A stretch of 64,000 nucleotides of DNA from assembly GCA_951406725.2 (NCBI GenBank), contig OX597817.1, forward strand, positions 36,084,001 through 36,148,000, in the 5' to 3' direction. Made by a program: the position numbers and the translations under genes. Source of the stretch: Octopus vulgaris. Lineage: Eukaryota. The notes beneath the pieces are model-generated. The model was not told the DNA's origin and did no database searches. It saw nothing but the letters and a program-made list of their open reading frames with translations. This document shows positions 40,850-57,897 of the stretch, one piece after another (the first letter of the stretch is position 1; each line of letters begins with the position of its first letter).

Positions 40850-42176
40850 GCATTAGCAACGGTATTTTTTTACAGTAAGCTGTAAGTTCTAAAGTTATGT
40901 TAATTTTCATGTGCGTAACTGTCACCTATGTAATCCTGTTCTTAAATTCACGTACACACATATAAAATAAACCATAGACGCAGGTAAGCACGCAAGTACA
41001 CGTATACATATACGACCGTATGCCTGATCATGAGTTTATAAAACTGTGTTACAGTATCTGATTCCAGTGGGCGGCATTTACAGCAAGTATCAAATTTATA
41101 ATATATAAAAACATAAAGTAATATGTAAACCTCTGTGTAACAATAAGGTGAATGACATCTCAATAATGTATTTGTCTCAAGTATTGAGAATTATATATAT
41201 ATATATATATATATATAGAACAATCTTATTTAGAAATGGATGCATGCGTTCCGTCATATAATAAATTAATAAATAAATAAAACATATGCATATATACATA
41301 CATGTATGTACGTACCTACCTCTACATGTATATATACATGCATATATGGGTACAGGACATCAAAAAATGTCGAACACAATAAGAAACGAAAACATAAACA
41401 CAAAACCAAGGAAATGGACATTTTTCTTAAACAACGAAAAAATAGAGTACAAGACATACAAAACAAGGAAAATTCCCCTTCTTCAGTCACCTTTGTTTCA
41501 TCTACTCCACGTTTCGAAGGTCAAGGCGATACATGACTTTAATGAAACTTTCCTTCCCGCGAAAACCAAATTAAATAAAATTTGAGATTTTTTTGCAGAG
41601 GGGTAAAAATGGTAACAAAAACAGGACAGTAACGACAGTACAAAATATAAACAGTAAAAGACAGGACAAGGAGAATAACAGTAACACAAACAAGAAGGGC
41701 TGTTAAGCCGAACGAGATAAGATTTTTTACGAACGCTATTTTTTGAGAACGGCAAGGAGCAACAGAAAGTGCCGATTCTACTTGAAAGTATCCAGGACAG
41801 AAAGACAGTTGCAGAGTTCTCGTCGAGAGTCAACGACGGGAGGGAGGAGGAGGAGTAAGAGAAAGGGAGATAAAAAAGGGAATGGTTGTAGAGAAAAGAA
41901 TGAAGAATGAGAGAGAGAGAGAGGGAGAGACAGTAAGATAGAAGAAAAGGAGAGGACTCCCCTCTTCTCTTTTCATCTGGCTCCCCTCCTCTCTTCATCT
42001 GACACCTACTTCCTCTCTTTATCTGACAGCCACTTCCTCTCTTCACTCCTACCTACCTCCTCTCTTCATCAACACGCCACTCTACCCCCTAACTTTTTTT
42101 CTAATCAGTCGTCATGCTTGACCGCTAAATCCATAGGTTTTGTTTTCATTCTCTCTCTGCTTATTTTCTCTTATTC

Positions 42177-42212
42177 CTTTCTGTTAAAGAGCGTGGGCTC
42201 GAAACGTAAAAG
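42177..42212 (+). ncRNA. Hammerhead-like motif, family A (degenerate)
   Basis: cttt-CTGTTAA-a-gagc(gtgg)gctc-GAAA-c-GTA-aaag. Confidence 0.5.
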
Positions 42213-42305
42213 ACATTTTCATTTTTCATTTTGCCGAGCGCCAAATTAAATCATCTGCTTGTTGTTCATACACCTGTCTTCGAATTTTGTTTTACTATAC
42301 ATTTC

Positions 42306-42357
<52 letters not shown>

Positions 42358-42903
42358 ATATATTTATATATATATATATGCATGTATACATATTAAAATA
42401 TAAAAGTATATACATATTAAAATATAAAAGCAAATCATTTGATGTGCCTGTATGTATAAAATTAGAAGAATATTCATAAGGATAACTAGCCATTAATTGC
42501 CTGAAAGTTTTCTCAATATGTTGTACGTATAATTTTGGGTTCTTCATTAAACAGCCCGTGGGTTGTAAATATAGGTTTAGGATATAACAGGGTTTCAAAT
42601 ACGATATAACAGATCTTTATTTACAAGATCAATCAAGCTAAAGAATATATAGACATATGCCTTCTAATTATATAATTTTGTACTTTATGAAGATAATTGA
42701 ATAACATATGCAGAAACAAAGTGTTCGTGTCAATGGAATAATTTCTGTGGTAGAGTTAAACGCATGCGATGAAGTAATGACTGCAAAAAAGACAAACAAA
42801 TAATGGATAACATCCGTATTTTGGAACTGGGAAAATGAGACCCAGATTTGAAGTTAATCACTAGCTGAACGAGAAGGAAGAGGAAAGGAGGGAAAGAGAG
42901 TGA

Positions 42904-43002
<99 letters not shown>

Positions 43003-43062
43003 TTTTTCGATTTGGTTTGCAAGATTCTTCATGTGAGTTCGTGTGTTGAAGCATATTCTGTT

Positions 43063-44577
<1,515 letters not shown>

Positions 44578-44821
44578 TATATAAATAAGGATAAGATCGT
44601 TAATTTAAAATAATATAACGATTTTATCAAGTGGTCAGCGTGGAAAAAATAACCTTCAAAGGTAATAATTATTGAAATTATAAATTAGGGTATTTATGAG
44701 ATACCACCATACTGAAAATAGCAGCCATAATCTGACTCCAAAACCACCCTAATTGTCCATATATCAACACGGAGAGAAAACAAAGAGACAAGATGAAACT
44801 AACATTTGAAGAGCAAATTTC

Positions 44822-45025
44822 TTTTTCGCCCTTTTCAGGCCTAGCCAGGTTCATGGGCCCGGTTTCCCGGTAACGATGGCGTATGTGTTCCCCCCTGCTG
44901 GAGCCTCGTGCAGCTTTTAGGTGTTTTCGCTCAATAAACACACACAAGGCCCGGTCTGGGAATCGAAACCGAGATCCTCCGACCGCGAGTCCGCTGCCCT
45001 AACCACTGGGCCATTGCGCCTCCAC
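44822..45025 (-). mobile_element. tRNA-derived SINE (GTGGAGGCGC head, internally deleted or chimeric)
   Basis: Head as at 21431; tail gaaaccgggcccatga..ctggctaggc as at 3344. Confidence 0.82.
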
Positions 45026-45351
45026 ACGAGCAAATATAGTCATAAAATATTTAAATACTTGAACACCGGTAAAGACAATGTGTTGAAAAATGCTTGTGCA
45101 AGATGATTGATAAGGGATGGATTGTTTGACATCCCACAAAATCCCGAAATAACAAACATAATTGGAAACGTGGATCGGAAAGATTACGATATCGTAATGT
45201 TTTTCTGCTGACGTCTTTTCTCAAGGTTCGTTTGATGACCCTGGTTAGCTCCCGTACTGAAAACTAAAGATAACTCATAAAATCAGATGAATGTTCCTGA
45301 TACAGTAGCAACGCTCACGAAACAAAGATACCGCTTTGCACCAAGAATGGT

Positions 45352-45575
45352 ACTCTTTTGCTCTTTTGCTTGTTTCAGTCATTTTGACTGCGGCCATGCT
45401 GGAGCACCGCCTTTATTCGAGAGCAAATCGACCTCAGGACTTATTCTTTGTAAGCCTAGTACTTATTCTATCGGTCTCTTTTTACCGAACCGCTAAGTTA
45501 CGGGGACGTAAACACACCTGCATCGGTTGTCAAGCGATTTTTTTTTTGGTGGGGGGGAAACACAGACACACAAAC

Positions 45576-45628
<53 letters not shown>

Positions 45629-45800
45629 CATATATACGACAGGCTTCTTTCAGTTTCCGTCTACAAAATCCACTCACAAGGCTTTGGTCGGCCCGAGGCT
45701 ATAGTAGAAGACACTTGCGCAAGGTGCCACGCAGTGTGACTGAACCCGGAACCATGTGGTTGGTAAGCAAGCTACTTACCACATAGCCACTCCTACGCCT
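45352..45800 (-). mobile_element. Full-length SINE (family of 15510)
   Basis: Colinear with 18723-19120. Confidence 0.88.
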
Positions 45801-46516
45801 AGTTAAATATCTTTGAAATGGTAAATACATTATTCCTGCAACTGAGCTTATTGAACTCATCTATTCTATGAATTCTACTATGGACTAATTGTTAGACACA
45901 GACCGTCACCAGTTATAACAACTTTCCGATTTGACCATTTAGCATTAACTAACTGTAGAAAATTATTAGTTCATTGTTCCAGATGCATTTTGCATGCACA
46001 AAAAAAAGAAAAGATATTTCATTTTCCTAGAATCATTCTACGAGAAACATTCTCCTAGAATTCGATTTTTAAAAGTGCAGTTATATTCTTTGTCTCTGTG
46101 TATGTCGTAATATATTTATGCTCCCAGGGAAATACTTTTCTGTGTGTATTATTTATTTCTGTTTGTTGAGATATCATATAACATCTGACTGACATTTCGA
46201 AGCTGCTGTTGCTATAGACGATATTCTTTTTATTGACTGTACACAAGCATAAGTTATTTTTATCACATCGAAATAGCTTGCATCAGATGTCTGTGACTCA
46301 TTTAAGAAGGTACTCGATAGTTTTACAATTTCGTTGCTTAGATAATTTTCACAAGCAAGTTACTTTATTTCATAAGATTTTATAAGATACAGAAAGAACA
46401 TATTTCTTTTTCTTAGTTTCGATGACTAAAAATATTGTATTTAGACTTGTAACGCATTCCGATGTCACAATTACTCTAAATATATTTGGACACATTTATC
46501 AATCATTCTTTTATGA

Positions 46517-46695
<179 letters not shown>

Positions 46696-47806
46696 GAGGA
46701 AGGGCGAATGGCACCGCGAGTGTCGCGTTGCTCTCAAGCAACTCTGCCGTCCTGGGTCGACCTTAAGTGACTTCAACACAACCAAAGCATTCTATAGGGG
46801 TTTAGTGGAGGGGAGGTACGACGACGAGCTCGGGGCGAACCTGGACGTCGACGAGGAGTACCTGACCCGCCTGTTCAGGACGACTTTCGGGCCAGGGCCC
46901 ATGGACAACTTCCAGAGATCCCTGGCCTGGCAGTGCTACCGAGAAGCGCTACCCGTTCGGGATAAGCTCTACAGACACGGCTCGAGAAACACGGGGCCGA
47001 CCTGCCCGAGATGCGGTCAGAGCGACGAAACCGTTCTGCACGCACTCGTTCAGTGTCCAACAATTTCCGACCTGTGGGCTTATGTCGAACAACTGCTGTC
47101 ACGTGTGGGACGAGTCGGTTTATCAGCTGAGTCTATCGTCAATATTGTCACGCCTCCTTCCTTCAAACGGGAAGGAAGAGCTATTTTCATCATCCTTGTG
47201 GCTATGGCGAAAGAATGTATCTGGTGGACGCGTCTGAAAGGATTGGAGACAAACACTTTCCTCTCTGGTCAATCTCTCATCAACTTCTTCAAGTACCACT
47301 TGAAAAGGAAAGTGAGAGTAGAGAGGCAAGTTTTGTCTAGCGAATGTTTTAAAAAAAGATGGGTGAATGTAGCAAGAATGGCACGTATGAATGACGAAGC
47401 CACCTTGAGCATAGTCCTATGAACCCAGAAATCGAAAACAGAGAGTTGCTTATTTGCAAAAAAAAAAAAAAAAAGAAATATAAAATGTGACATCATTGAC
47501 CGAGGTTACCGTGGTCTTTTCCGTAGGCTTTTCTTTGCACGGGTAAACCTCACCTGTCCTCCCCTTTACACTTCATATTGACATTTCTGTGATAACGATC
47601 CCTATTGATCAATTTTTTTTTCCTCCCCCCCTTTTTTTTTAAACCCCCTTTTTTTTGTCCTCTTTCTCTCCTTTTTACGATCCCTTTTGATCGAAACTCC
47701 CCCTTCCTTTTTTTTTTTTTCTTTCTTTCTTAAACCTTCAAAAGAAAAGCTCTACCTTGTAATTTGTTCTATCTGTGTGCAGCCCTGTGTGGCTAATAAA
47801 GAAACA
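46696..47806 (+). mobile_element. 5'-truncated Tx1-clade retrotransposon in (TATC)n
   Basis: ORF 46805-47422 with the zinc finger CPRCGQSDETVLHALVQC, highly similar to 52721-53380. The 3' UTR ends aataaagaaaca|tatc. Confidence 0.93.
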
Positions 47807-47969
<163 letters not shown>

Positions 47970-49899
47970 ACCAATAACAACACCAACATTACCATCACCG
48001 CGACCAAAGACCGTGCCGTCAATGCTACTAATACTACCAACACCACCGCCGTCACCAAGAACGACAATAACAACAACAACAACAACAACAACAACAACGA
48101 CGACAACAACAATTCCCTTCAACCACTGCTCACTCCATCACCAACAAGTGAAAAAATAACGACGACAAGCAAACGAAATGTCGAAATTTGCCCTAGTGCA
48201 GGACTAAAGTACGCAGGCAATTTTCCACCCCTTCCTACTTGCACGATCGAACTAAACACACCAATTTTACAAACTGCAGCCAACAACAACATCACCACAA
48301 GCAACAACAATAACAAAACAACAACAAATTTCGCTGAGGCGATTAAAGAAAAAAAAACAACAATATACTTTACGGCTCAACAAATACAGGACACGAACAT
48401 CAAAATAACAGAATCAGAAGGTATAGTAAAAATAAACATACCAGAAGACATTTTGGAAAATGAAAAAAGACGAACAATCATTTATAAAATAGTTAACAAA
48501 AAAACAAAAATCCCAGAGAAGGCCAACACAAGCAAAATAGAGAAGTGCTTGAAACCCATCTGGGATCACAAAGAATATGTAACCTGGTGGAACAAATTTG
48601 CCCACATACAAGTTGTTTTCTACACCGAAGAGTTAGCTAGACATTTCTCAACGCTAACTCTTCACTCAGATGAACTCCAACTTACACCAAGCTATCGGGG
48701 ACAGAAAGTGACTAAGATCACTCTAAACAATGTCCCCAAAATAGCCAATAGTCTATGGCTTGTAAAGGCCTTATGCGTAAAAATGGCGAATTATACTATT
48801 TTGGAAACCACAGTCACAGAGCATAAAAACTGGGTGGGAAAAAAATAGAATTTCTTCTACATATACATCATGAAGATATAAAAAAAATACCCACCCAGAT
48901 ATGTGTATCAGACGACCACAAGTTATATGTGGTCGTCGATGGCAGAAGACCACGTTGCTACATATGCGGCAGTGAGCAACATCTCAAAAAAGACTGCAAA
49001 TCTGCCGCAAGAAAACAACAGCAACAACAACAGCAGCCGGAAACAAAAACAAATAAACAAGGTTTACTACCCACACCACTTTTTGCAGGAACAAACCTCA
49101 CCAAACAAACAACCACACCAACTGCAGCACCAAGAACAGAAGCAGCATCACCAACAACAACAACCAAGAATATACCAACTCCCAAACCAAGGACATCTGC
49201 CAAAAAGACACCCAGCAAAAATGAAGAAACAATTACAACTCCAAATCCCCACAAAATTGAGACCCTAAACAACACAACAATACCCACAATCACTCAAACA
49301 CAAAATACCCAAACCCCACATCCAAAACCGCATACACCACAACCAAACGCTCACCAACCAACACCAACAACAAAACCAACACAGTCGACAATAGACCCCA
49401 ATACTTTCCCTCTTCCAGACTCCGATTCGTCCGATCTGTCATTAGACGAAGAAGACACGGAAGATTGGCAAATAGCCACAGGGGGAGAAGAAAAAGGGGA
49501 AAAAAAAGAAAAGAAAAAATAACAAACAAAGCGGGAAGATACACCACTCCTGAAACAAAAACATCCACAGAAAACACACACATCAACACAAACACACCAT
49601 CATCAAACCCCCCAAAAATGTTGACAGCCATAAACACAAACAACCACGACCTAATGGAACACATTAGGTCAAACACTAACATTACTGAAAACGACATAAA
49701 AACAAGTAACCACCCACACACAACACCACCACAACACATTAAAATAATACACGTGACACAGAACACATACAGCACCCTGAAATCTCTTTACCCTGATGCA
49801 GTAGGGAGATTTCAAAAGTACTCATCGAAAAAACTGTATAAAAGCCTCATAGAAGAAGACCGTGAGGTGAAAGACAAAGAACTTTCGAAAAACAAGTAA
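47970..49899 (+). pseudogene. Tx1 ORF1 (gag-like, CCHC zinc knuckle), disrupted
   Basis: Pieces 47775-48848, 48929-49522 (VVVDGRRPRCYICGSEQHLKKDC) and 49465-49899, broken at A-run frameshifts; no start codon seen. Confidence 0.85.
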
Positions 49900-49941
49900 C
49901 CTTTTCTCTCTCCTTTTCCTTTTTTGCACTTTTATCGGAAC

Positions 49942-52900
49942 ATGCTCAGAATAGGTAGTATAAATGTACGTGGCTTGGGGTCGCCTTGGAAACAAGGCTA
50001 CCTGTTAAATGACATCAAGTCACTAAATCTGAATATCATAGCCATCAGTGAGACCAGACTCCACAGCTTGCGGGCACTCCAGCACATTTTCGGTACACAT
50101 TTCAACATTTATTTTTCTCCGTGTCTACCGAGAATGGGCGGAGGTGGCACCGCGGTGCTTATCCGGAAGAGTCTGGATCTCAAAGTAAGAGCAAATTTCC
50201 TAGACCCGGAGGGTAGGCTGGTCGTTTTGGATATCGATGGCAGCAATGAGTGTGCTTTTCGACTGATAGCAGTTTATGCTCCGTCCTTAACAGGCCGACC
50301 AGATTTCTTTCGACGTCTAGAGTCTTTCATGGGAACGTCTCGTCCTTTACTTTTAGTGGGGGATTGGAATGCCACCCTGGACACGCATCTAGACTACGTG
50401 GGCAGAGATAGCAATAGAAGGGGATGCAAATGCCTCAAAGACCTGCTCAGACGTTTCCAACTGTCTGACAGGTACCGACTGGACCACCCGAATGTGCCAA
50501 TGTGGACATGGAGTAACCGCATCGGGTCGTCCAGATCATACTTAGATAGAGTTTTCTGTAGGACAATAGATAAAAATAGTGTAGGTTGTCCACAATTTCA
50601 TATAGTCAGTTACACAGATCACAAGTTTGTGACTTGTACACTTGACTTAGATAAGACACATAGGCAGGGTCCTGGTTACTGGAAACTGAACGCGTCTTTT
50701 ACAGCAACGACAGGTTTACAGGGACCGGATCAGCACATTAGTTAAGAGAGCTTTGACGGGTACCATCATCAACAACAGATGGTGGTATGCCCTAAAAAAA
50801 GCGATTAAAGCAGAATCAGTCAGATACAGTAGAGCCCTAGCATTAGACCGAAATAGAATAGAGGGAGATTTAGTTAAGGTTTTAGAAGAGGCACTTAGAA
50901 CTGGCATCGCGTCCAACGTACTGGCGGCGAGATTGGCCCTCGACCAACACCTCAACGCCAAACACGAGGGATGCGTTGTCAGAGCTAGGATGCGTGCTCT
51001 GAGGAACGAAGGAGTTGGAGCCGCCCAAGATGCCCGAGTGGTGGAGACGCAACGAGGCAACAGAGCCACCATCAAGTCTCTTATAGATGAACAGGGGCGC
51101 GAATTGCTCGAGCCTAAAAGGATGTGTGGGGTTTTTCAACAACACTTCACCCAACTGTTTGGGACAAGTGGTGAGTCAGAAAGCAGAGTGGACTTTAGTG
51201 CCTACCTGCATGCCTTGCCACGACTCTCAGCAAGGGAGGTGGAGTCTTGTGAAAAGCCTATCACAGCTGCGGATGTACAGGATGCGATGGTAGGCTGCGC
51301 GAGAGACAAGTCACCAGGCTTGGATGGTCTGCCCTACGAATTTTATTTTCATATGCCAGACTTGTTTGGAGGCGTCTTGGCAGCTGTCTACTGCAACTGG
51401 CAGCAGAACGGGAGTATTCCTGCTTTTGTAAAGCGAGGAGCAGTGGCACTGATCAAGAAAGACCCAAACAAGGGGGACGCCATAGATAATTTCAGGCCCA
51501 TCACTCTGCTCAACGCAGATTTGAAAATTTTGGCCAAGGTGTTAGCCGAGAGGTTGGCGCTTGTCATCAAGAAACTAATCGACAAGGCGCAAACATGCGC
51601 CGTGCCGGGTAGAAGTATTCATGACAACCTCCACCTGATGCGCTACATCATAGACAGGGTAGTTAAAAATCCTGGCATGGGTGGGGCGCTGATCAATTTG
51701 GATCAATCAAAAGCCTTCGATAGGGTAGACCATCACTACTTGGAGGCTGTCCTCAAAGCGGCTGGTTTCGGTCCAGTTTTCCGCGGTTGGATCGCTGCCT
51801 TATACAGCGGCATCCGCTCAGTAGTTCGCGTAAATGGTCATCTATCCAGACCTTTTAACATCATGCGTTCGGTTCGTCAGGGATGCCCCCTCTCATCGCT
51901 GCTGTATGTACTGACTCTTGAGCCACTACTGCGGAAACTGGCGACGCTGAGGGGCATCCCACGAGAGCTGGGATGCGGGAGGAGCGTGTCTGCATACGCG
52001 GATGACGTCACCGTCATAGTGTCGAGCTACGAGCACATCGAGCTGGTCGGCGAGACACTGAAAGAATACGAAGCGGTAACGGGAGCAAAAATTAACCGGG
52101 AAAAGTCAGTGGGCTTGCGGCTCGGCACCTGGAGAAGCAAGCCCATGCCGTCCAACAGCGTCTCCATCGTGGGACGCTGGACGGACGGACCGGTTAAATT
52201 GCTCGGGGTCTGGTTCGGTCCGGACCTCCAAATGGAGAAGAACTGGGGCGAGATAACGACTAGGGTGGCTACTCTCACCCAGAAATGGACTGAGAGAAAG
52301 CTATCCCTAAAAGGTCGGGCGGAGGTGGCGAACGCGTACATCGCATCCGTCATCGAGTATCGTCTGACCGTCGTGCCTTGTCCCGACCCTACCATCACCA
52401 AACTGGAACGCATACTCTTCCGCTTCTTGTGGAAGGGAAACGTTCCGATGGTTAGGCGATCCATTTGCTGCCAACACCCGCTAAATGGAGGGCTGGGCAT
52501 GCCGTGGTTGATGATGCGCAGACATGCGCTGAGACTACGACATCTCCGGCGCTTCATAGACAACGGTGAACAGGGGTGGTCGCCTTTTGTGCGGCGCGCT
52601 TTCCCGCAGCTCGTCTCCTTGGACGAACTACAGTCATGGATCAAGCAGAGACCGAGGCTAGGCGAATGACACCGCGAGTGTCGCGTTGCTCTCAAGCAAC
52701 TCTGCCGTCCGGGATCGAACTTGTGCGACTCCATCACAACAAAGGCATTATATAGAGGATTAGTGGAGGGGAGGTGCGACGACGAACTCGGGCAGAGTCT
52801 GGGCGTCGACGAGGAACACCTGACCCGCCTGTTCAGGACAACTTTCGGGCCGGGACCTATGAACAACCACCAAAGATCCCTGGCCTGGCAGTGCTATCGA

Positions 52901-53380
52901 GAAGCATTACCTGTTCGGGATAAGCTCTACAGACACGGTTCCAGACACACTGGACCGACTTGCCCGAGATGCGGTCAGAGCGACGAAACCGTTCTGCACG
53001 CACTCGTGCAATGTCCAACCATTTCCGACCTGTGGGCTTATGCCGAACGGCTGCTGTCACGTGTGGGACGAATCCGCCTATCGGCCGAATCTATGGTGAG
53101 AATTGCTCCGCCCCCTTCCCTCAACCGGGAAGGCAAGGCAGTTTTCATCGTACTGGTGGCCATGGTGAAAGAATGTGTGTGGTGGACTCGAGCGAAAGGA
53201 TTAGAGACAAACACTTACCTCTCTGGCCAATCGCTCATCAACTTTTTCAAGTACCACTTGAAAAGGAAGGTGAGAATGGAGAGGGAAGTTTTGTCTCGCG
53301 AAAGATTCAAAAAAAGATGGGTGAATGTTGCAAAGATGGTGCGTGCTAGTAACGAAACCATTTTGAGCATGATCCTGTAG
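49942..53380 (+). pseudogene. Tx1 ORF2 (APE endonuclease + reverse transcriptase + C-terminal Zn finger), two lesions
   Basis: SINVRGL/ISETRL/VGDWN/YLDRVF/TDHK (APE); KSPGLDG/FRPITLLNAD/DQSKAFDRV/RQGCPLS/YADD (RT). Frameshift at about 50700 and TGA at 52667-52669, where the 46696 copy has TGG. Confidence 0.93.
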
Positions 53381-53681
53381 ATCGTAAAAAAGAAAGAAAG
53401 AGAGCATTTTTGACCTCATGTGTTTATTTCCTCCCTGACTGGGGTTCCCGTGGTCATTTCTGTAGGCTTTTCTTCCCACGGATGAACCCAATCTTGTTAT
53501 ATCAATGTTTACACCATTATTTCTGTGATACACGATTTTCTTTTTTTTCCTTTTTTTTCCTCCTTTCGATCCCTTTTGATCGCAATCTTACATTCTTATT
53601 TTTTTCCACCCTCGAAAAGAAAAGCTCTGCATTTGTATTTGTCCCCTCTGTATTCAGCCCTGTGTGGCTAATAAAAGAAAG

Positions 53682-53808
<127 letters not shown>

Positions 53809-53832
53809 TCTGTCTATCTATCTATCTATCTA

Positions 53833-53959
<127 letters not shown>

Positions 53960-54000
53960 GTCTATTTATTTATCTGTCTATCTGTCTATTTATCTATCTA

Positions 54001-54082
<82 letters not shown>

Positions 54083-54307
54083 CATAGGCTTTTCTTTCCA
54101 CGGATAAACCTTATCTATCCCGCCCTTTACACTTTACATCATGACATTTCTGTGATACACGATCGCTATTGATAATTTTTTCTTCTTTTTTTTTACGATC
54201 CCTTTTGATCGAAAACCTACCCCGCCCTTTTTTCTCTCCCAAAAGAAAAGCTCTACTTTGTAATTTATCCCCTCTGTGTTCAGCCCTGTGTGGCTAATAA
54301 AGAAACA
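54083..54307 (+). mobile_element. Tx1-clade 3' UTR-only copy at the end of a (TATC)n tract
   Basis: Homologous to 47522-47806 and 53462-53682. Confidence 0.88.
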
Positions 54308-55013
54308 TATTTAGCTATCTGTGTGTCTGTGTCTCTGCCTGTCTATTTGCCTGTCTGCCTACCTGTCTGTCAGTTTGTCTGTATGCTCTCTGTTTAACTG
54401 TCAATTCGTTCCGCTCGTCCGCTTGTCTGTCTTTCTGTACACTCCTCTCCCCCGCGAGAAACTAACTTAAAACACTTCGTCAACTGTTTTTTTTTTACTA
54501 TTTCTGTTTGCCTAACTATATTTGTGTAATTGTATATGTTGTGATATTATATGTAAAAGTGAAAGTTGTTGGCTTCTTGAATCCTGCTTTGAAAATAGAC
54601 AAATAATTACGACACTATCTCGCAAATTCACTATACACTTACAACTAAAGCAACTACAATACATGGCACCTTACAATATAAAGCTAAACAGTTGTTGTGT
54701 CGTAACAAATCAAGTTCTATTTAAACCATGTGACTAGTATCACGACACAAAAAAGTAGGAAAATATTTTTATCAAACGTCGTATAATAAAGACGAGATCA
54801 ACTACACACACATATAAATCTTACATTGACACCAGTGCTTGGCTGGTATTTATTTTATCAACTCCTGAATGATGAAACGAAGTCGACCTCAGCGGAATTT
54901 GATCTCAGAGCGTGCAGAGAGATGAAATGTTGCTAAGCACATTGCTCGGCGTGCAAACGACTTTCCCAGGTCGCCGCCTAATAGTGTGTATATAAATATA
55001 TATATATATATAT

Positions 55014-55320
55014 CACCGTGATCACCGTGACCGACCAGACTATCAGATGTTGCTACACATCGCTGGTCACAATGCGCTCTGCATTGTTTTAGCCTTCAAA
55101 TGACGCCACCCCGCTGGCTAAGCGAGCAGGCCAACAGAAGAAAGAGTGAGAGAAAGTTGTGGCGAAAGAGTACAGCAGGGACCGCCACCAACCCCTGCCG
55201 GAGCCTCGTGGAGCTTTAGGTGTTTTCACTCAATAAACACACACAACGCCCGGTCTGGGAATCGAAACCGCGATCCTACGACCGCGAGTCCGCTGCCCTA
55301 ACCACTGGGCCATTGCGCCT

Positions 55321-55324
<4 letters not shown>
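55014..55324 (-). mobile_element. tRNA-derived SINE (GTGGAGGCGC head) with a distinct tail
   Basis: Head identical in type to 21431; tail ends (cacggtgat)2. Confidence 0.88.
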
Positions 55325-55381
<57 letters not shown>

Positions 55382-56805
55382 CATACATACACACACACAT
55401 ACACATATATATGTGTGTATATATAATAAACTTACACGCACACACATATGTGTATATATTTTGTGTCTATTTATATACACATGTGTGGAGGCGTTGCTGC
55501 TCTCTTGATCGTCAAATCTTGAAACAGGCGATGTGCTTTGTTCCTGAGCAAAACACTTGATTTTATGTTGCTCTAGTCCACTTGGCTGTCAAAAATGTGT
55601 AAGCGTGCGACAGACTAGCGTCCCGTCCAGAGTAGTGGTGGTAGGGGAGAATGTATACACCACAGAATACGGGAAACCTACTTTCTGAAACAATGCCGCG
55701 GGAAGGACCTATGATTCTATGATAGATACGTACACACACGTACAAAAACACACACATATACATACACATACATACTATAACAGTGGATGTTGGTGATATG
55801 TCGAGTTAACAATTATTTATTTGCGAGGCGTAGACTGAACGCTAGAAGTAATATACACTTGTAATGGGGTTCGGCATGTATGTTGAAGATACCGGCATTT
55901 CACTAACACCACCGTTGTAAGACAATTCGAATAGGATAAGAAAATGTGCTTTTGATAACAAGGTGAAGATATCTGTGGAAGTGAAATTCAGAAGTCATTT
56001 TTATTTTAAGAATGTTATTTCGTTTCTTCATACTGGGATGACTGTATTCTCTCGCTAACGGAGGCTTGAGTATAATTTCATAAGGTGTATGCAAATAAAT
56101 CTTTAGCTAATTCATTTTTCCTTATAATAATTCGATGAAAGTTCGTACAGATAAATATCAAGAGAAGAATTATTTAACACCAATCATTTATTTACAGAAT
56201 TTATATATATAATAAACATACACGCACATACATTATGTGTATATATTTTATATCTATTTATATACACATGTGTGAAGGCGTTGCTGCTCTCATGATCGTG
56301 AAATCTTGAAACAGGCGAAGCGCTGTGTTCCTGAGCAAAACACCAATCATTTATGCACAGAAAGTCAAAATATATAAAATGAATTTTATCACAACATAAT
56401 AGTAATAAGAAAAAGTTAGTAGTACTTAGTATAAAGAAGAAAAACATTTTTTAAAAAGGAGTCTGTCGCTAGAATGACGACAGGAAAAATTTTCTTAACT
56501 AGTTCCTCAAAACTACTCTAAAAGGATTGGCATAAGGTCATGAAATATGAACAATGCAAATGAGTGACAAGGTCTCGTGTGACAAACCGAGTGTCACTGA
56601 ATATTTTCCCCCAAATCAGGGTTTTATAACTGCCGTAAGCCAGATTCTAAGAACCTTTCTTTATGGAAAAGAAATTATACACGAAGATGAGAATCGACGT
56701 ATGGACAGTCAAATTGACCAATGAAAAAGCGTAAGACAAAAGACAGTCGACACGATTATGACATCATGATGCTGCTAAAGTCTTATAGCCGCAACAACAC
56801 ATACA

Positions 56806-56839
<34 letters not shown>

Positions 56840-56889
56840 CATTACATACATACATACATTACATACATACATACATTACATACACACAT

Positions 56890-57276
56890 GTGGAGGCGCA
56901 ATGGCCCAGTGGTTAGGGCAGCGGACTCGCGGTCATAGGATCGCGGTTTCGATTCCCAGACCGGGCGTTGTGAGTGTTTATTGAGCGAAAACACCTAAAG
57001 CTCCACGAGGCTACGGCAGGGGATGGTGGTGATCCCTGCTGTACTCTATCACCACAACTTTCTCTCACTCTTACTTCCTGTTTCTGTTGTACCTGTATTT
57101 CAAAGGGCCGGCCTTGTCACTCTCTGTGTCACGCTGAATATCCCCGAGAACTACGTTAAGGGTACACGTGTCTGTGGAGTGCTCAGCCACTTACACGTTA
57201 ATTTCACGAGCAGGCTGTTCCGTTGATCGGATCAACCGGAACCCTCGTCGTCGTAACCGACGGAGTGCTTCCAAAA
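56890..57276 (+). mobile_element. tRNA-derived SINE (GTGGAGGCGC head) with a third tail type
   Basis: A/B boxes; tail ..ctcgtcgtcgtaaccgacggagtgcttcc-aaaa. Confidence 0.88.
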
Positions 57277-57854
57277 CATACACACATTTATGAATTTTAA
57301 CAAAATCAGATTACAAGTTGTGATATCAAAATTAAGCAAGTCAGCACTATATTATCTTGAGATTACCATGAGAAAATTTCAAGTCTGCAAGTCAATTGTT
57401 TCCTTATGAAAAATTTTGTATTTTTATTCAGAAAATGTATGGGTACAAATTTATCCTAAGAAGCAAAATCCCGCAACGAAAGCCATTCAGGTTCTCGTGT
57501 GCAGAGACGTGCTAAAATGTACACGTAATTCTTTTGATTGTCGCTGCTTCGTACGCAAAAACTAAATACACACACATACACACATACATATATGTGTGTG
57601 TGTATATGTATATTTGTATATATATATGTATATGTATGTATATATGTATGTATGTATATATATACATATATACATATACACACACACATACAAACACACA
57701 CATATATATGATAAAGGGTAAAAAGCATTAATGAGGCTCAAGCCAAGCCCTTATAATTATGTATAAGTTAAAATATATATATACATTATGTGTATGTATT
57801 CGTTTGTGTATGCGTGTGTGTATGCTGTGTGTGTGTGCCAGTGTGTGAGTGCGT

Positions 57855-57897
<43 letters not shown>

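Noticed and set aside
41500-41565. Minus-strand gaagg...ccttc-GAAA-CGTG hammerhead-like half
   Set aside because: No CUGANGA-like strand and the cleavage triplet would be GUG; unsupported without a family consensus.
52027-52866. 279-aa antisense ORF within Tx1 ORF2
   Set aside because: Shadow ORF of a GC-richer coding strand; no motifs.
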